Shown: positions 26,529-38,559 of the stretch, piece after piece | Layout of the letters: every line of letters begins with the position of its first letter | How positions within the stretch are numbered: the stretch's first letter is position 1 | Source of the DNA: Flaccisagitta enflata | Lineage: Eukaryota | Length of the DNA stretch: 64,000 nt | Assembly (NCBI GenBank): GCA_965153355.1 | Contig: OZ231126.1 | Coordinates: 49,228,001-49,292,000, forward strand | Direction of reading: 5' to 3' | Translations under genes and position numbers: made by a program | The notes under the pieces: generated by a model | The model's input: the letters and a program-made list of their open reading frames with translations, nothing else | Databases searched by the model: none | Told to the model about the DNA's origin: nothing

Positions 26529-28383
26529 TGATTGATGAATGCAAACCTAATACCGACTTATCATTCTGTCATCAGTCAAAAGTCTGAAACTTATCAATGA
26601 TGGAGAAGAGGGAGGGGGAGGGAAGGGGAGAGGTAGAAAAAGAAGAAGAGGAAGAGAAAGAAGAAGAGCAAAAAGATGATGTTTGCCAAAACAACAACTG
26701 AGATAAATTTTCGAGGAAATGAAGAAAGAATGAAGGAAGAAGAATTCGCTTCTCCTTTTTCTCCGCAGTAAAAACTACGTCAATCAACTTCTGACATAAT
26801 CGATTATCACACAGCCTTTTTTTTTCAGATAATACCTTGGCTTCCTCCCCTTTCCCCTCCACCTTCGCCTCGTCAATTTCACAATAACTTTCGACCACTA
26901 CCCAGTATCCAAGCTCACCCTATCAGTCTCGTGATTACATATCCTCTAAATCCAATCCCCAGTTTCAATTATTCATATCCGTCCCAGTTTCATCTGTCCT
27001 TCCTTCATTTTATTTCGTCCTCCGACTCCCATTTAAGATCTTTCCCCCCCCCAACTCTTCTTAGGGCGAGTTTTTAGTAATAACGACAATCGCGATTTCA
27101 TATTCCCATCAATCGCGTTTACAGTATCAAAACATATTCACAATTCGCAAATTTCAATTGTCCAACACAAGGGAGTGGGCAAAGTAAGTGGGCCCGGTTA
27201 ACAAAGTGAGCAAAGCGAACGCAGCGAAGAAGAGCGCTACAGAGCGCGTGAGCAATTTGAGAGGTTTGAGCCAATCCAATGAAGGTAGCGAGTGACCGAG
27301 TGGCACATTAACAAGGCCAACACCTATAAGTCGCGTGCGAGACTTACAGATTGACTTAGAATGACTTAGAACGACTCAGTTTCCTCTTGAATGACTTAAA
27401 ATGACTTAAAGAAATAAAATTGATAAAAAAAGTAAAAGTGTGACGGACGGACGGACGGACGGACAAAGCAGGGTGTACAGTAGCGTGCAAGCGACTAAAA
27501 ACGCGATTGTCTGTGACTTGAAACGCGCCCTAAGTCTCCCAAACTCCCTTCAGCCGTCCTCTCACCTAGACATACGGGCTCCCCTTCGCCTCAACCTTCC
27601 TAGTTCCTCCCACCTTTTAACTTTCGAGCGAATCTGAGCGCGCAATTATTTTGAAGGGGATTTAGTGTCGGTCATCATCCAGTTGGTTAATCACAAAAGC
27701 GCGGTTTTTAGATGCGTCCTCTATAATAGGCTGTGTCCGTCGGTTGGTTGGTTGGTTGGTCGGTCTGTCAGTAACGCATTCATTAAAAACACCAAAACCA
27801 TGCATTCTTTCAACAGTGAAGTGGTTCTGACCCAGTGAAAGTAACATACCATAAGTATTTCGTTCATTAAATCATTGATTCATTCATGAATGACCTTCAT
27901 TCATAAAAAAAAAAAAAAAACATGCGCTCATAAAAACATTCATTTATAAAAACAAATTCACTCATAAAAAACATTCATGCAAAGAGGATGCATCGTTGGC
28001 CTACTTGGCCTTGTTTGCTCTCTCCCTCTCTCCCACAAGAACAATCACATACTCTCATACAAGTACATGCGAGCACTTACACATTTACAAAAAGTCGAAT
28101 ACACAATAACCCCCCCTGGAATGGCGTCTGGCAAATCGTAACGTTGCTATTTAGGCTTTTAACATCCAGGAATTCTACGAAACCATTGACGCAAGGATTG
28201 TTTATTGGTAAACGTATAATCCCAATCGAATTTTCTCGTGGATATTGATTTGATTTCCAATCAATACTCTTCAATAGGAGATTGAAGCATATATGGTCAT
28301 GACACGCGGACGGACTGAGATCAATCAACTTGGCACGATTGTCGGTCTTAGAAGGCAATCTTAACCATAAAGATGATCAAGTT

Positions 28384-28491
<108 letters not shown>

Positions 28492-28864
28492 TAAACTATT
28501 GGGAAGAAAGTAACGGGATGCATGCGGCCACAAATCCGCCAAAAATCCGATCCTTCGCAAAGGTGAAATTCGATTCGGAATCGTCAGCCATCTTGGAGGT
28601 CTCAGGATTGCTCGATTGACCAATCGACGCGACAGAGGAACTGACAGACAGACAGATAGACAAAGTCAAAGAGCCACAGACAAACTAAAGCGATCTAGTA
28701 TGACGAACCCACAAAAGAACAATATCTTAAATCCTTGGCTAGACTGTCAGTATGGTGAAAGTGATGATCTAAATGTGTGTAGTGAAGGATATTGTTCCAG
28801 CTGTCATGTCATACTTATATCTTTAGTGCTTAGTACTTGCAGGGACGATTTGTCAAGGACAAAG

Positions 28865-28916
<52 letters not shown>

Positions 28917-30674
28917 TCTCACTTAGGAATTATTTTTCTTCGGGAAGATTCTTTTCTTGATGTTAGGCCCCGAAATAACGAAATTGAAAACGCCCTTTCT
29001 GTATAGTACCCCCTCCTTCTCCTAATTTTTCCCCCCAAGTAATTTACAGCCGAAAATATATCCACCTATCCCATTTTCTTCTCCACTTCTCCCCCCCCCC
29101 TCTTCTGCAAAAGTTTAAGTGCCGTTGTAAAACATTCATCCGTTTTCTCTCAGTTTAAAAAGATTCATTCTTAATTTTTCAGTTTCAGGCTGAAACTGAA
29201 ATGGGCGCTTTGAGCTGACATCCATGATCAATCCAGAGGCCGACGATGGCCAGGGCCAGTGATCGGTATAATTATCAAACAACGTCTTTGGAGATACAGG
29301 TATGTTCTTTGGGGATACATGCCTTGGCTTCGGTCTAATGTTTACAACTCTGAACCTGTTTTCAAATTCTGCAGATTTCTTCAGTGATAGCTTTGGATCC
29401 GGAATTTGAAATTCGGATTCTAGGTTTCTAGGCCATGATCGGATGCTTATTAGATGACTGAATGAATGGACACTTAAGAGAGGAACCCTTAGTCAAGATC
29501 ATACTGACCAAACTGAGATTGCAACCCCATCCCATTGTTTAAACACTACTTCCCAATTCGTGATTTCTTTTCCAACCAAAACACGATACATATTCGGATA
29601 CCGTTTTATTACAGTCGTTTGAATTACACAGTATGTTTTAACATACATTAGACCACTCAATATTGGGTACACTACTTCATTTCTGGACATTTTATGATCT
29701 CGTTAATGCTCAGACAGAAACTCTCTCGACGGGGTGTCTCCTTTCAAATGCCGAGTCCAAATCGAGTCTTACATTCGTTGATTGTTCTGTCCGATGCACA
29801 GTTTGCCAATTTTCGTTGAACAGAAAGGTTTCAAATGTATTTCTCCACATATACAATTTTTTGTTTTTTTTATAGATTCTTGTGTGTATATTTTTTGTCT
29901 ATTTCCGATTTTGTAATTAACATGGTTTTTAGTTGCGAACACGCAACTCTATAAGAGGCTTTGTCTTTCCGTTTGTCGGTCCGTGGAAACGAGCGTTTCA
30001 AATGTGTGGGTGGGGAGGGGGCATAGGGTTTGGACGCCCCTGCCACTTGACTGCAATGATATTGTGACCCGCATCACTTGTTACATCTGGGCTTTTTCAA
30101 CACAAACCTAGTGGTTCAAAATGCAAAAAAATAGTCTTAATTCATAATGACAAAATTAGCATCTTGATATTTTTAAGGTTTTTCTGGATATATTGTAAAT
30201 AAATATTGAAAATAATAAGCAACACTCTTTAATTATATCAAGAATACAAAAAAAAAAAAAAAAACCAGTGGCTGTCGCCAATACTGTGGATCGCGATGTT
30301 TTATTTGTTGTTTTTTTTTAATTTTTTTTTACTATAAATTTTTTGCATTTTTTATTTTTTATATTTTTTTTTTTGCATTTTCTTTTTTACTTTAATTTCT
30401 TTATTTTTTCACATTTTCAAATTTTCATCTTTCATTTTTTTTCTTTTCACTTTTTCACTTTTTCATTTTTTTATCTTTTCACTTTCTCACTTTTGTACTT
30501 ATTTTATTTTTTTTTTTTTAACTTTTCATTTACTACTTTTTTAAACATTTCATAACATGCATTAATACATACAAAATTCAAATATAAAATTTAGATAAAA
30601 AAAAAACCCTGAACTATAAGTGAATTGCAAATTTGGTGAGCATTTCAAGTTCCATGGTATTCAATAGCTGAAAT

Positions 30675-30782
<108 letters not shown>

Positions 30783-31119
30783 GTGGTTGAAAAAAGATCA
30801 AGCAGTGGGAAAAAACAAAAGGCAAATTGAGATAAAGTTTAATACATCTGGTGGATGAATTAAGACAAACTTAAACTAAAGACAGGTGAGGATATTTTTG
30901 AGATAGAAAAAAGTTTTGGGATTAAAAAAATATATTCGACGATTGATGATTGATGATGAGGTGGAAAAAACAAAAGATTGACATAGAGAAAAGTAGAGAC
31001 ATCTTGAAAGAAAAAAGATAAAACAAACAAAAGACTAAGGTGAGGAAACATTCTGGGGATGTAAATAATAAATGAATGATATAGATGAAACAAACGATTT
31101 ACATAGAGATAAGTGGAAA

Positions 31120-34100
31120 GACTATCAAAGGGGAAAAAAAAGACTTCTACAAACAAAAGATAGTGATAAGTGAGGACACACTTTGGGGATGAAAAAAAAT
31201 CCTTAGAAATAGTGAGTGAGGACATTCTTTGAAGAGAAAAACAAAAGACTATCAAAGAAAAAGGGTCTGGTGAGTGAGGACATCTATTGAGAAAAAAAAA
31301 AGACTACTATAAACAAAAGATAGTGGTGAGCGAGGACACACTTTTGGGATGAAAAAAAATCCTTAGAAATAGTGAGTGAGGACATTCTTTGAAGAGAAAA
31401 ACAAAAGACTATCAAAGAAAAAAGGTCTGGTGAGTGAGGACATCTATTGAGAAAAAAAAAGACTACTACAAACAAAAGATAGTGGTGAGTGAGGAAACAC
31501 TTTTGGGATGAAAAAAGATCCTTAGAAATTGTGAAAGAGGACATTCTTTGAAGAGAAAAACAAAAGACTATCAAAGAAAAAGGGTCTGGTGAGTGAGGAC
31601 ATCTATTGAGAAAAAAAAAGACTACTACAAACAAAAGATAGTGGTGAGTGAGGACACATTTTTGGGATGAAAAAAAATCCTTAGAAATGGTGAGTGAGGA
31701 CATTCTTTGAAGAAAAAAACAAAATACTATCAAAGATATAGGTCTGGTGAGTGAGGACATCTATTGAAAAAAAAAAGACTACTACAAACAAAAGATAATG
31801 GTGAGTGAGGACACACTTTTGGGATGAAAAAAAATCCTTAGAAATTGTGAGTGAGGACATTCTTTGAAGAGAAAAACAAAAGACTATCAAAGAAAAAGGG
31901 TCTGGTGAGTGAGGACATCTATTGAGAAAAAAAAAGGCTACTACAAACAAAAGATAGTGGTGAGTGAGGACACACTTTTGGGATGAAAAAAAATCCTTAG
32001 AAATGGTGAGTGAGGACATTCTTTGAAGAGAAAAACAAAAGACAATCAAAGAAAAAAGGTCTGGTGAGTGAGGACATCTATTGAGAAAAAAAAAAGACTA
32101 CTAGAAACAAAAGATAGTGGTGAGTGAGGACACACTTTTGGGATGAAAAAAGATCCTTAGAAATTGTGAGTGAGGACATTCTTTGAAGAGGAAAACAAAA
32201 GACTATCAAAGAAAAAGTGTCTGGTGAGTGAGGACATCTATTGAAAAAAAAAAGACTACTACAAACAAAAGATAGTGGTGAGTGAGGACACACTTTTGGG
32301 ATGAAAAAAAATCCTTAGAAATGGTGAGTGAGGACATTCTTTGAAGAGAAAAACAAAAGACTATCAAAGAAAAAGGGTCTGGTGAGTGAGGACATCTATT
32401 GAGAAAAAAAAAAGACTACTACTAACAAAAGATACTGGTGAGTGAGGACACACTTTTGGGATAAAAAAAAATCCTTAGAAATGGTGAGTGAGGACATTCT
32501 TTGAAGAGAAAAACAAAAGACTATCAAAGAAAAAAGGTCTGGTGAGTGAGGACATCTATTGAGAAAAAAAAGGACTACTACAAACAAAAGATAGTGGTGA
32601 GTGAGGACACACTTTTGGGATGAAAAAAAATCCTTAGAAATGGTGAGTAAGGACATTCTTTGAAGAGAAAAACAAAAGATTATCAAAGAAAAAAGATCTG
32701 GTGAGTGAGGACATCTATTGAGAAAAAAAAAAGACTACTATAAACAAAAGATAGTGGTGAGTGAGGACACACTTTTGGGATGAAAAAAAATCCTTGGAAA
32801 TAGTGAGTGAGGACATTCTTTGAAGAGAAAAACAAAATACTATCAAAGAAAAAAGGTCTGGTGAGTGAGGACATCTATTGAGAAAAAAAAAGACTACTAC
32901 AAACAAAAGATAGTGGTGAGTGAGGAAACACTTTTGGGATGAAAAAAGATCCTTAGAAATTGTGAAAGAGGACATTCTTTGAAGAGAAAAACAAAAGACT
33001 ATCAAAGAAAAAGGGTCTGGTGAGTGAGGACATCTATTGAGAAAAAAAAAGACTACTACAAACAAAAGATAGTGGTGAGTGAGGACACATTTTTGGGATG
33101 AAAAAAATCCTTAGAAATGGTGAGTGAGGACATTCTTTGAAGAGAAAAACAAAAGACTATCAAAGAAAAAGGGTCTGGTGAGTGAGGACATCTATTGAGA
33201 AAAAAAAAGACTAACACTAACAAAAGATACTGGTGAGTGAGGACACACTTTTGGGATAAAAAGAAATCCTTAGAAATGGTGAGTGAGGACATTCTTTGAA
33301 GGGAAAAACAAAAGACTATCAAAGAAAAAAGGTCTGGTGAGTGAGGACATCTATTGAGAAAAAGAAAAGACTACTACAAACAAAAGATAGTGGTGAGTGA
33401 GGACATCTATTGAGAAAAAAAAAGACTACTACAAATAAAAGATAGTGGTGAGTGAGGACACACTTTTGTTATGAAAAAAAATCCTTAGAAATGGTGAGTG
33501 AGGACATTCTTTGAAGAGAAAAACAAAAGACTATCAAAGAAAAAAGATCTGGTGAGTGAGGACATCTATTGAGAAAAAAAAAGACTACTACAAACAAAAG
33601 ATAGTGGTGAGTGAGGACACACTTTTGGGATGAAAAAAAATCCTTAGAAATGGTGAGTGAGGACATTTTTTGAAGAGAAAAACAAAAGACTATCAAAGAA
33701 AAAAGGTCTGGTGAGTGAGGACATCTATTGAGAAAAAAAAAGACTACTACAAACAAAAGATAGTGGTGAGTGAGGACACACTTTTGGGATGAAAAAAAAT
33801 CCTTAGAAATGGTGAGTGAGGACATTCTTTGAAGAGAAAAACAAAAGACTATCAAAGAAAAAAGGTCTGGTGAGTGAGGACATCTATTGAGAAAAAAAAA
33901 GACTACTACAAACAAAAGATAGTGGTGAGTGAGGACACACTTTTGTTATGAAAAAAAATCCTTAGAAATGGTGAATGAGGACATTCTTTGAAGAGAAAAA
34001 CAAAAGACTATCAAAGAAAAAAGATCTGGTGAGTGAGGACATCTATTGAGAAAAAAAAAAGACTACTACAAACAAAAGATAGTGGTGAGTGAAGACACAC

Positions 34101-34632
34101 TTTTGGGATGAAAAAAAATCCTTAGAAATGGTGAGTGAGGACATTCTTTGAAGAGAAAAACAAAAGACTATCAAAAAAAAAGGTCTGGTGAGTGAGGACA
34201 TCTATTGAGAAAAAAAAAGACTACTACAAACAAAAGATAGTGGTGAGTGAGGACACACTTTTTGGATGAAAAAAAATCCTTAGAAATTGTGAGTGAGGAC
34301 ATTCTTTGAAGAGAAAAACAAAAAACTATCAAAGAAAAAGGGTCTGGTGAGTGAGGACATCTATTGAGAAAAAAAAAGACTACTACAAACAAAAGATAGT
34401 GGTGAGTGAGGACACACTTTTGGGATGAAAAAAAAACCTTAGAAATGGTGAGTGAGGACATTCTTTTAAGAGAAAAACAAAAGACTATCAAAAAAAAAAA
34501 GGTTTGGTGAGTGAGGACATCTATGGAGAAAAAAAAAGACTACTACAAACAAAAGATTATGGTGAGTGAGGACACAATTTTGGGATAAAAAAAATCCTTA
34601 AGAAATAGTGAGTGAGGACATTCTTTGAAGAA
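31120..34632. repeat. Tandem satellite, ~158-160 bp unit, 22 copies, each built of three sub-repeats starting GTGAGTGAGGACA
   Basis: GACATTCTTTGAAG recurs at about 31221, 31381, 31540 ... 34617. One unit near 33340-33460 has an extra sub-repeat. Degenerate sub-repeats extend to ~30880. Confidence 0.97.
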
Positions 34633-34928
34633 AAAATTGTAGAATATTGTTTGTTTGTTTTGATGGTGAGTGAGGACAAAAAAAAAGGGAAGGAAAAAAA
34701 AAATAAAAAAAATTTACCCAGGACTAAGTGGATCTTGCTTCGCTGCGATCCACAAAAAAAAATCAGCTGTGGCGCACTGTGTGCAATGATTATGCTTTTT
34801 TCTTCTTTCCTTTTCTTTTCTTTTTTGCCTTTATTAACTAGACGTTCTCTCAACCCTGTTACCCTGTTCATCCTGCATTATCCGTGCTATTCTTTCTCTA
34901 CTTTTCATTTTTTTGTTTGCTCTCTCTC

Positions 34929-34973
<45 letters not shown>

Positions 34974-35070
34974 CCTTTGATGCCCGTAAAACAGGGAGGG
35001 GAACTTAGCGCAGCGGGGCTTGTGGCGGTTTCAGAGTCCTTTCAATGGAGAAAGGTTCCGCATTTCAAAG

Positions 35071-35161
<91 letters not shown>

Positions 35162-35228
35162 AAGATAGAAATACAAAGAGACAAAGAGGCAAACTGACAG
35201 ACAGACAAGACAGAGTTAACAGAGTTAC

Positions 35229-35320
<92 letters not shown>

Positions 35321-35570
35321 GGCAAATTTGACCATACCATGCATGAAAGTTGGTTATTGAATATCTTTTTTCTTGCCTCCAGGCCTAGTTTCCCTCCAAC
35401 TCACATTTCCAAAGAATAATCACCCCCCAAAAAATTCAGTCTATGAATCAAATTTCCAACTTTTCTATGTTTTGAAAAAAAAACCTTTGAAAACAAAACG
35501 AGAATCATGAATGGACTCCCTTATCCCCTTTCAGTTTTACTCCACTTGAGAATGAAAAGAGAGAAAAAAA

Positions 35571-35651
<81 letters not shown>

Positions 35652-36559
35652 GTGAGATAGGGAGACAGAGACAGAGGCAAAAGAGAGTCAGGGATAGACA
35701 GAAAAACAGACAGAGAAATAGAGCACACACACATGTCCGTCCGTCCGTCCGTCCGTCCGTGATGATCGAGTTGAAAAGTGTGAAAACGCGCGTTTATGAT
35801 GCTGCAGTTATGATTGTCTGGGTGTGGCTTAGTGAGCATGGGGTGGGATAGGGTATGGATGGGGGTTGTATGCCCCTGCCCAACCGTCCGCATCACTCGT
35901 TCAACAACGATGCGCAAACACGAGTGAAGAATAACAATCTTCTCCACGGTTTGACTTTAAGTATCTTTTTTTCGTTTTGTCAAGAAAAAAAATTAATTTG
36001 GTTTACGACTAACATAAAAAAGTCTGTTATAATTCATGAGAGTTGCTTCAGTAAAGAAAGGACAAGGCCAAGAGATGTCTAATAGATGCGTCCCCTTATA
36101 GGAGAAATATAGGAGATAAAAGAGATAAAAGAGACAAAAGAGACACAAGAGACGTAGGAAATATAGTAGATATGAAGAGAATTAAGAGACATCAAGAGAA
36201 ATGAAGAGAAATGAAGAGAACACCTTAGAAATCGGGTTTAGAAATTTTCGTGTGACGGACATACAGACAGACAGACAGACAGACAAAGGGAAACACCCTC
36301 TTATAGAGATGCGAGGACGCATCTAAAAAGAGGAAATGACCGATTGTATTAATTTTCTCTCTTGTAATATCAGTATGCAATGTACCACGCATGGCAAGAT
36401 CTAAGCTCCAGCATTTAAGATCTTTACTTAACGGTAAGAAGAGAGTCAATAAGGCTGCGGAAACAATCGCTTGAATTTTAAGAATATCTAAATGTATTTA
36501 CCACATGCGGATGTCTCATTGGGAGAAAAAGATTTTTCATAGAAAGAAAGAAAGAACGA

Positions 36560-36639
<80 letters not shown>

Positions 36640-36736
36640 AGCGAGATCTCTCCAACTTGAAAACTTTCAAAAAGTTCCTTTTTTTATTAGTTTTCATCGC
36701 AGTGAGAAGTTTGGAAACTCCGTCTGAATTTTTTTT

Positions 36737-36769
36737 NNNNNNNNNNNNNNNNNNNNNNNNNNNNNNNNN
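36737..36769. other. Assembly gap (33 N)
   Basis: Run of n characters. Confidence 1.
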
Positions 36770-38269
36770 TTAAAATTTTGGCAAATCTCAGGCTCATGTC
36801 TCTTATAAACTGGTCTCTTATATAAAAAAAAGTGTATCTCTACTGAATCGACAGAAGTCTGTCCTGTGTACCTTTCAACAGCTGACTAACATTGACCTCC
36901 ATAATTTGATAGCAATAGATGAAACTCTAATTGGCAATCAACAGAAAAAAAAAACAAACCACGAACGTGACATGCAATTGGTGTTGGTTACTTAATTGTC
37001 TAATTTGTCTGATTAGGAAAACGACGAAGGAGGAAATAAATCATTTTTGAGTTTCATAACCAATCATTCACTGACCAGCCGCTTAATTGGCTTCATTACT
37101 GGGCCATCAATCATAAATGAGCTCTATCAAACCTCAGACGAGGTCAGACTTGCACGGCTACTTAGACGCGTGTGAGAACACTGGAGATGCGATAGAAATA
37201 CAGTTGAACCCCACAATAATGGAAATCCGCCTATAATGTACGCACAACTTTGGCCTACTTGAATTATTCAATATCTTTTCTTATATTGGCATTGATCAAA
37301 TCCACAATTTTGCCATCAGCCAAAAGTTTTTTTTTTGCTATTCAGTTTTTTTGGCTGATATTAAAGTGTCCGGTGAGCCCAGTATGATAAGTTCTGAACT
37401 CATGAAAAAACAAAAACATACTGCTAATTGATGAAAAATGTCAGTCGATTGAGATCCGTTATTGCAATTCTTTGATAAAGCTTCATAGATCAGGATCTAA
37501 AACCATCATAACGAGCGGAATATAACCATTAACAAATACTAACAAATACTATCAAATGCTATCAACACTACTCCACTGATCAACTTACCAAATTAGGAAT
37601 GATTTGTGGATCCAATCAGCAGGGATCCAAATATCGGAGAAAAATCGGAGAAAAAAACAAACAATCAAATTCGTGAGAGAAAGATGAAGAGATTCGCGTG
37701 AAGGTTTTGCGCAAAAGTCAAGATTTTTACAACTTAGTACAAGTCTGGATTATCGAACGATCGAAAGAAAGAAAGAGAGAAAGAAGGATTTCTCTTTGAG
37801 TTCATTTGAGTCAATTATGAATTCGTTGATGCGTGAAGAAGCGCGAGATTGGATCATTGATAAAACAAAGGAAAAAATACTGCGTTTGTGCTGATGATGA
37901 TGATTATGATGATGATGATGATAGTGTTGGAATTGTTCAATGATGATTATTGTAATGTTGCGTTGGTTCTGTTATGTATTTTACTTTGTTGCTTTGAATG
38001 AATGATGCTTGATGTTAGTTGATATCGTGTTGTTGCAGTTGTGGTTTGGTTATTTTTTGGTATACAATTGTTTATATCACAATGGATGTTTCTTTCTTCT
38101 TCAAGGTTGTTGCTTTATCAGGTTGATCATTACTTTTAAGCAGTTGGTTAAAGAAAAATTACAAGAGGAATTGAATGTCTCTTTTTTACACTACTCGATT
38201 TCCCTCCCGAGTATTTTTTCTTTAACCCAACAATACTTTTCTTTCTTTTTCCCCAAAAGTTGGAGGAAA

Positions 38270-38370
38270 TCGAAGTGAAGAGCATTGGGCGACCCCAGTT
38301 TATATATACACGCTCTCTCTCTCTTTCCGCTCTTCCTCGGCGCGGCAGCCCGGGCGGAGATCGAAGGAGG
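38270..38370 (-). promoter_or_regulatory. Candidate core promoter of nkd (TATA + Inr-like, GC-rich upstream)
   Basis: Minus-strand TATATAAA at 38306-38299, with TCACTT (A at 38276) about 30 nt downstream. The GC-rich patch upstream contains GGGCGG and AGATCGAAGG. A strong donor TTG|GTAAGT at 37588 would close a ~690-nt non-coding first exon. Confidence 0.45.
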
Positions 38371-38468
38371 GAGACAGAGAGACAGAGAGACAGAGACAGA
38401 GAGGAATGGATAGAGAGAGAGGGGAGAGGCGCGTTTGTTCTTGCGGAGGCGACAAGGAAGGAAAGGAA

Positions 38469-38559
<91 letters not shown>

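Noticed and set aside
31120-34632. CRISPR-like pattern of a constant GTGAGTGAGGACA motif separated by ~35-45-nt spacers
   Set aside because: The same three spacers recur cyclically, so this is a higher-order satellite; the context is eukaryotic and no cas genes are present. The repeated ORFs here are frameshifted by variable A-runs.
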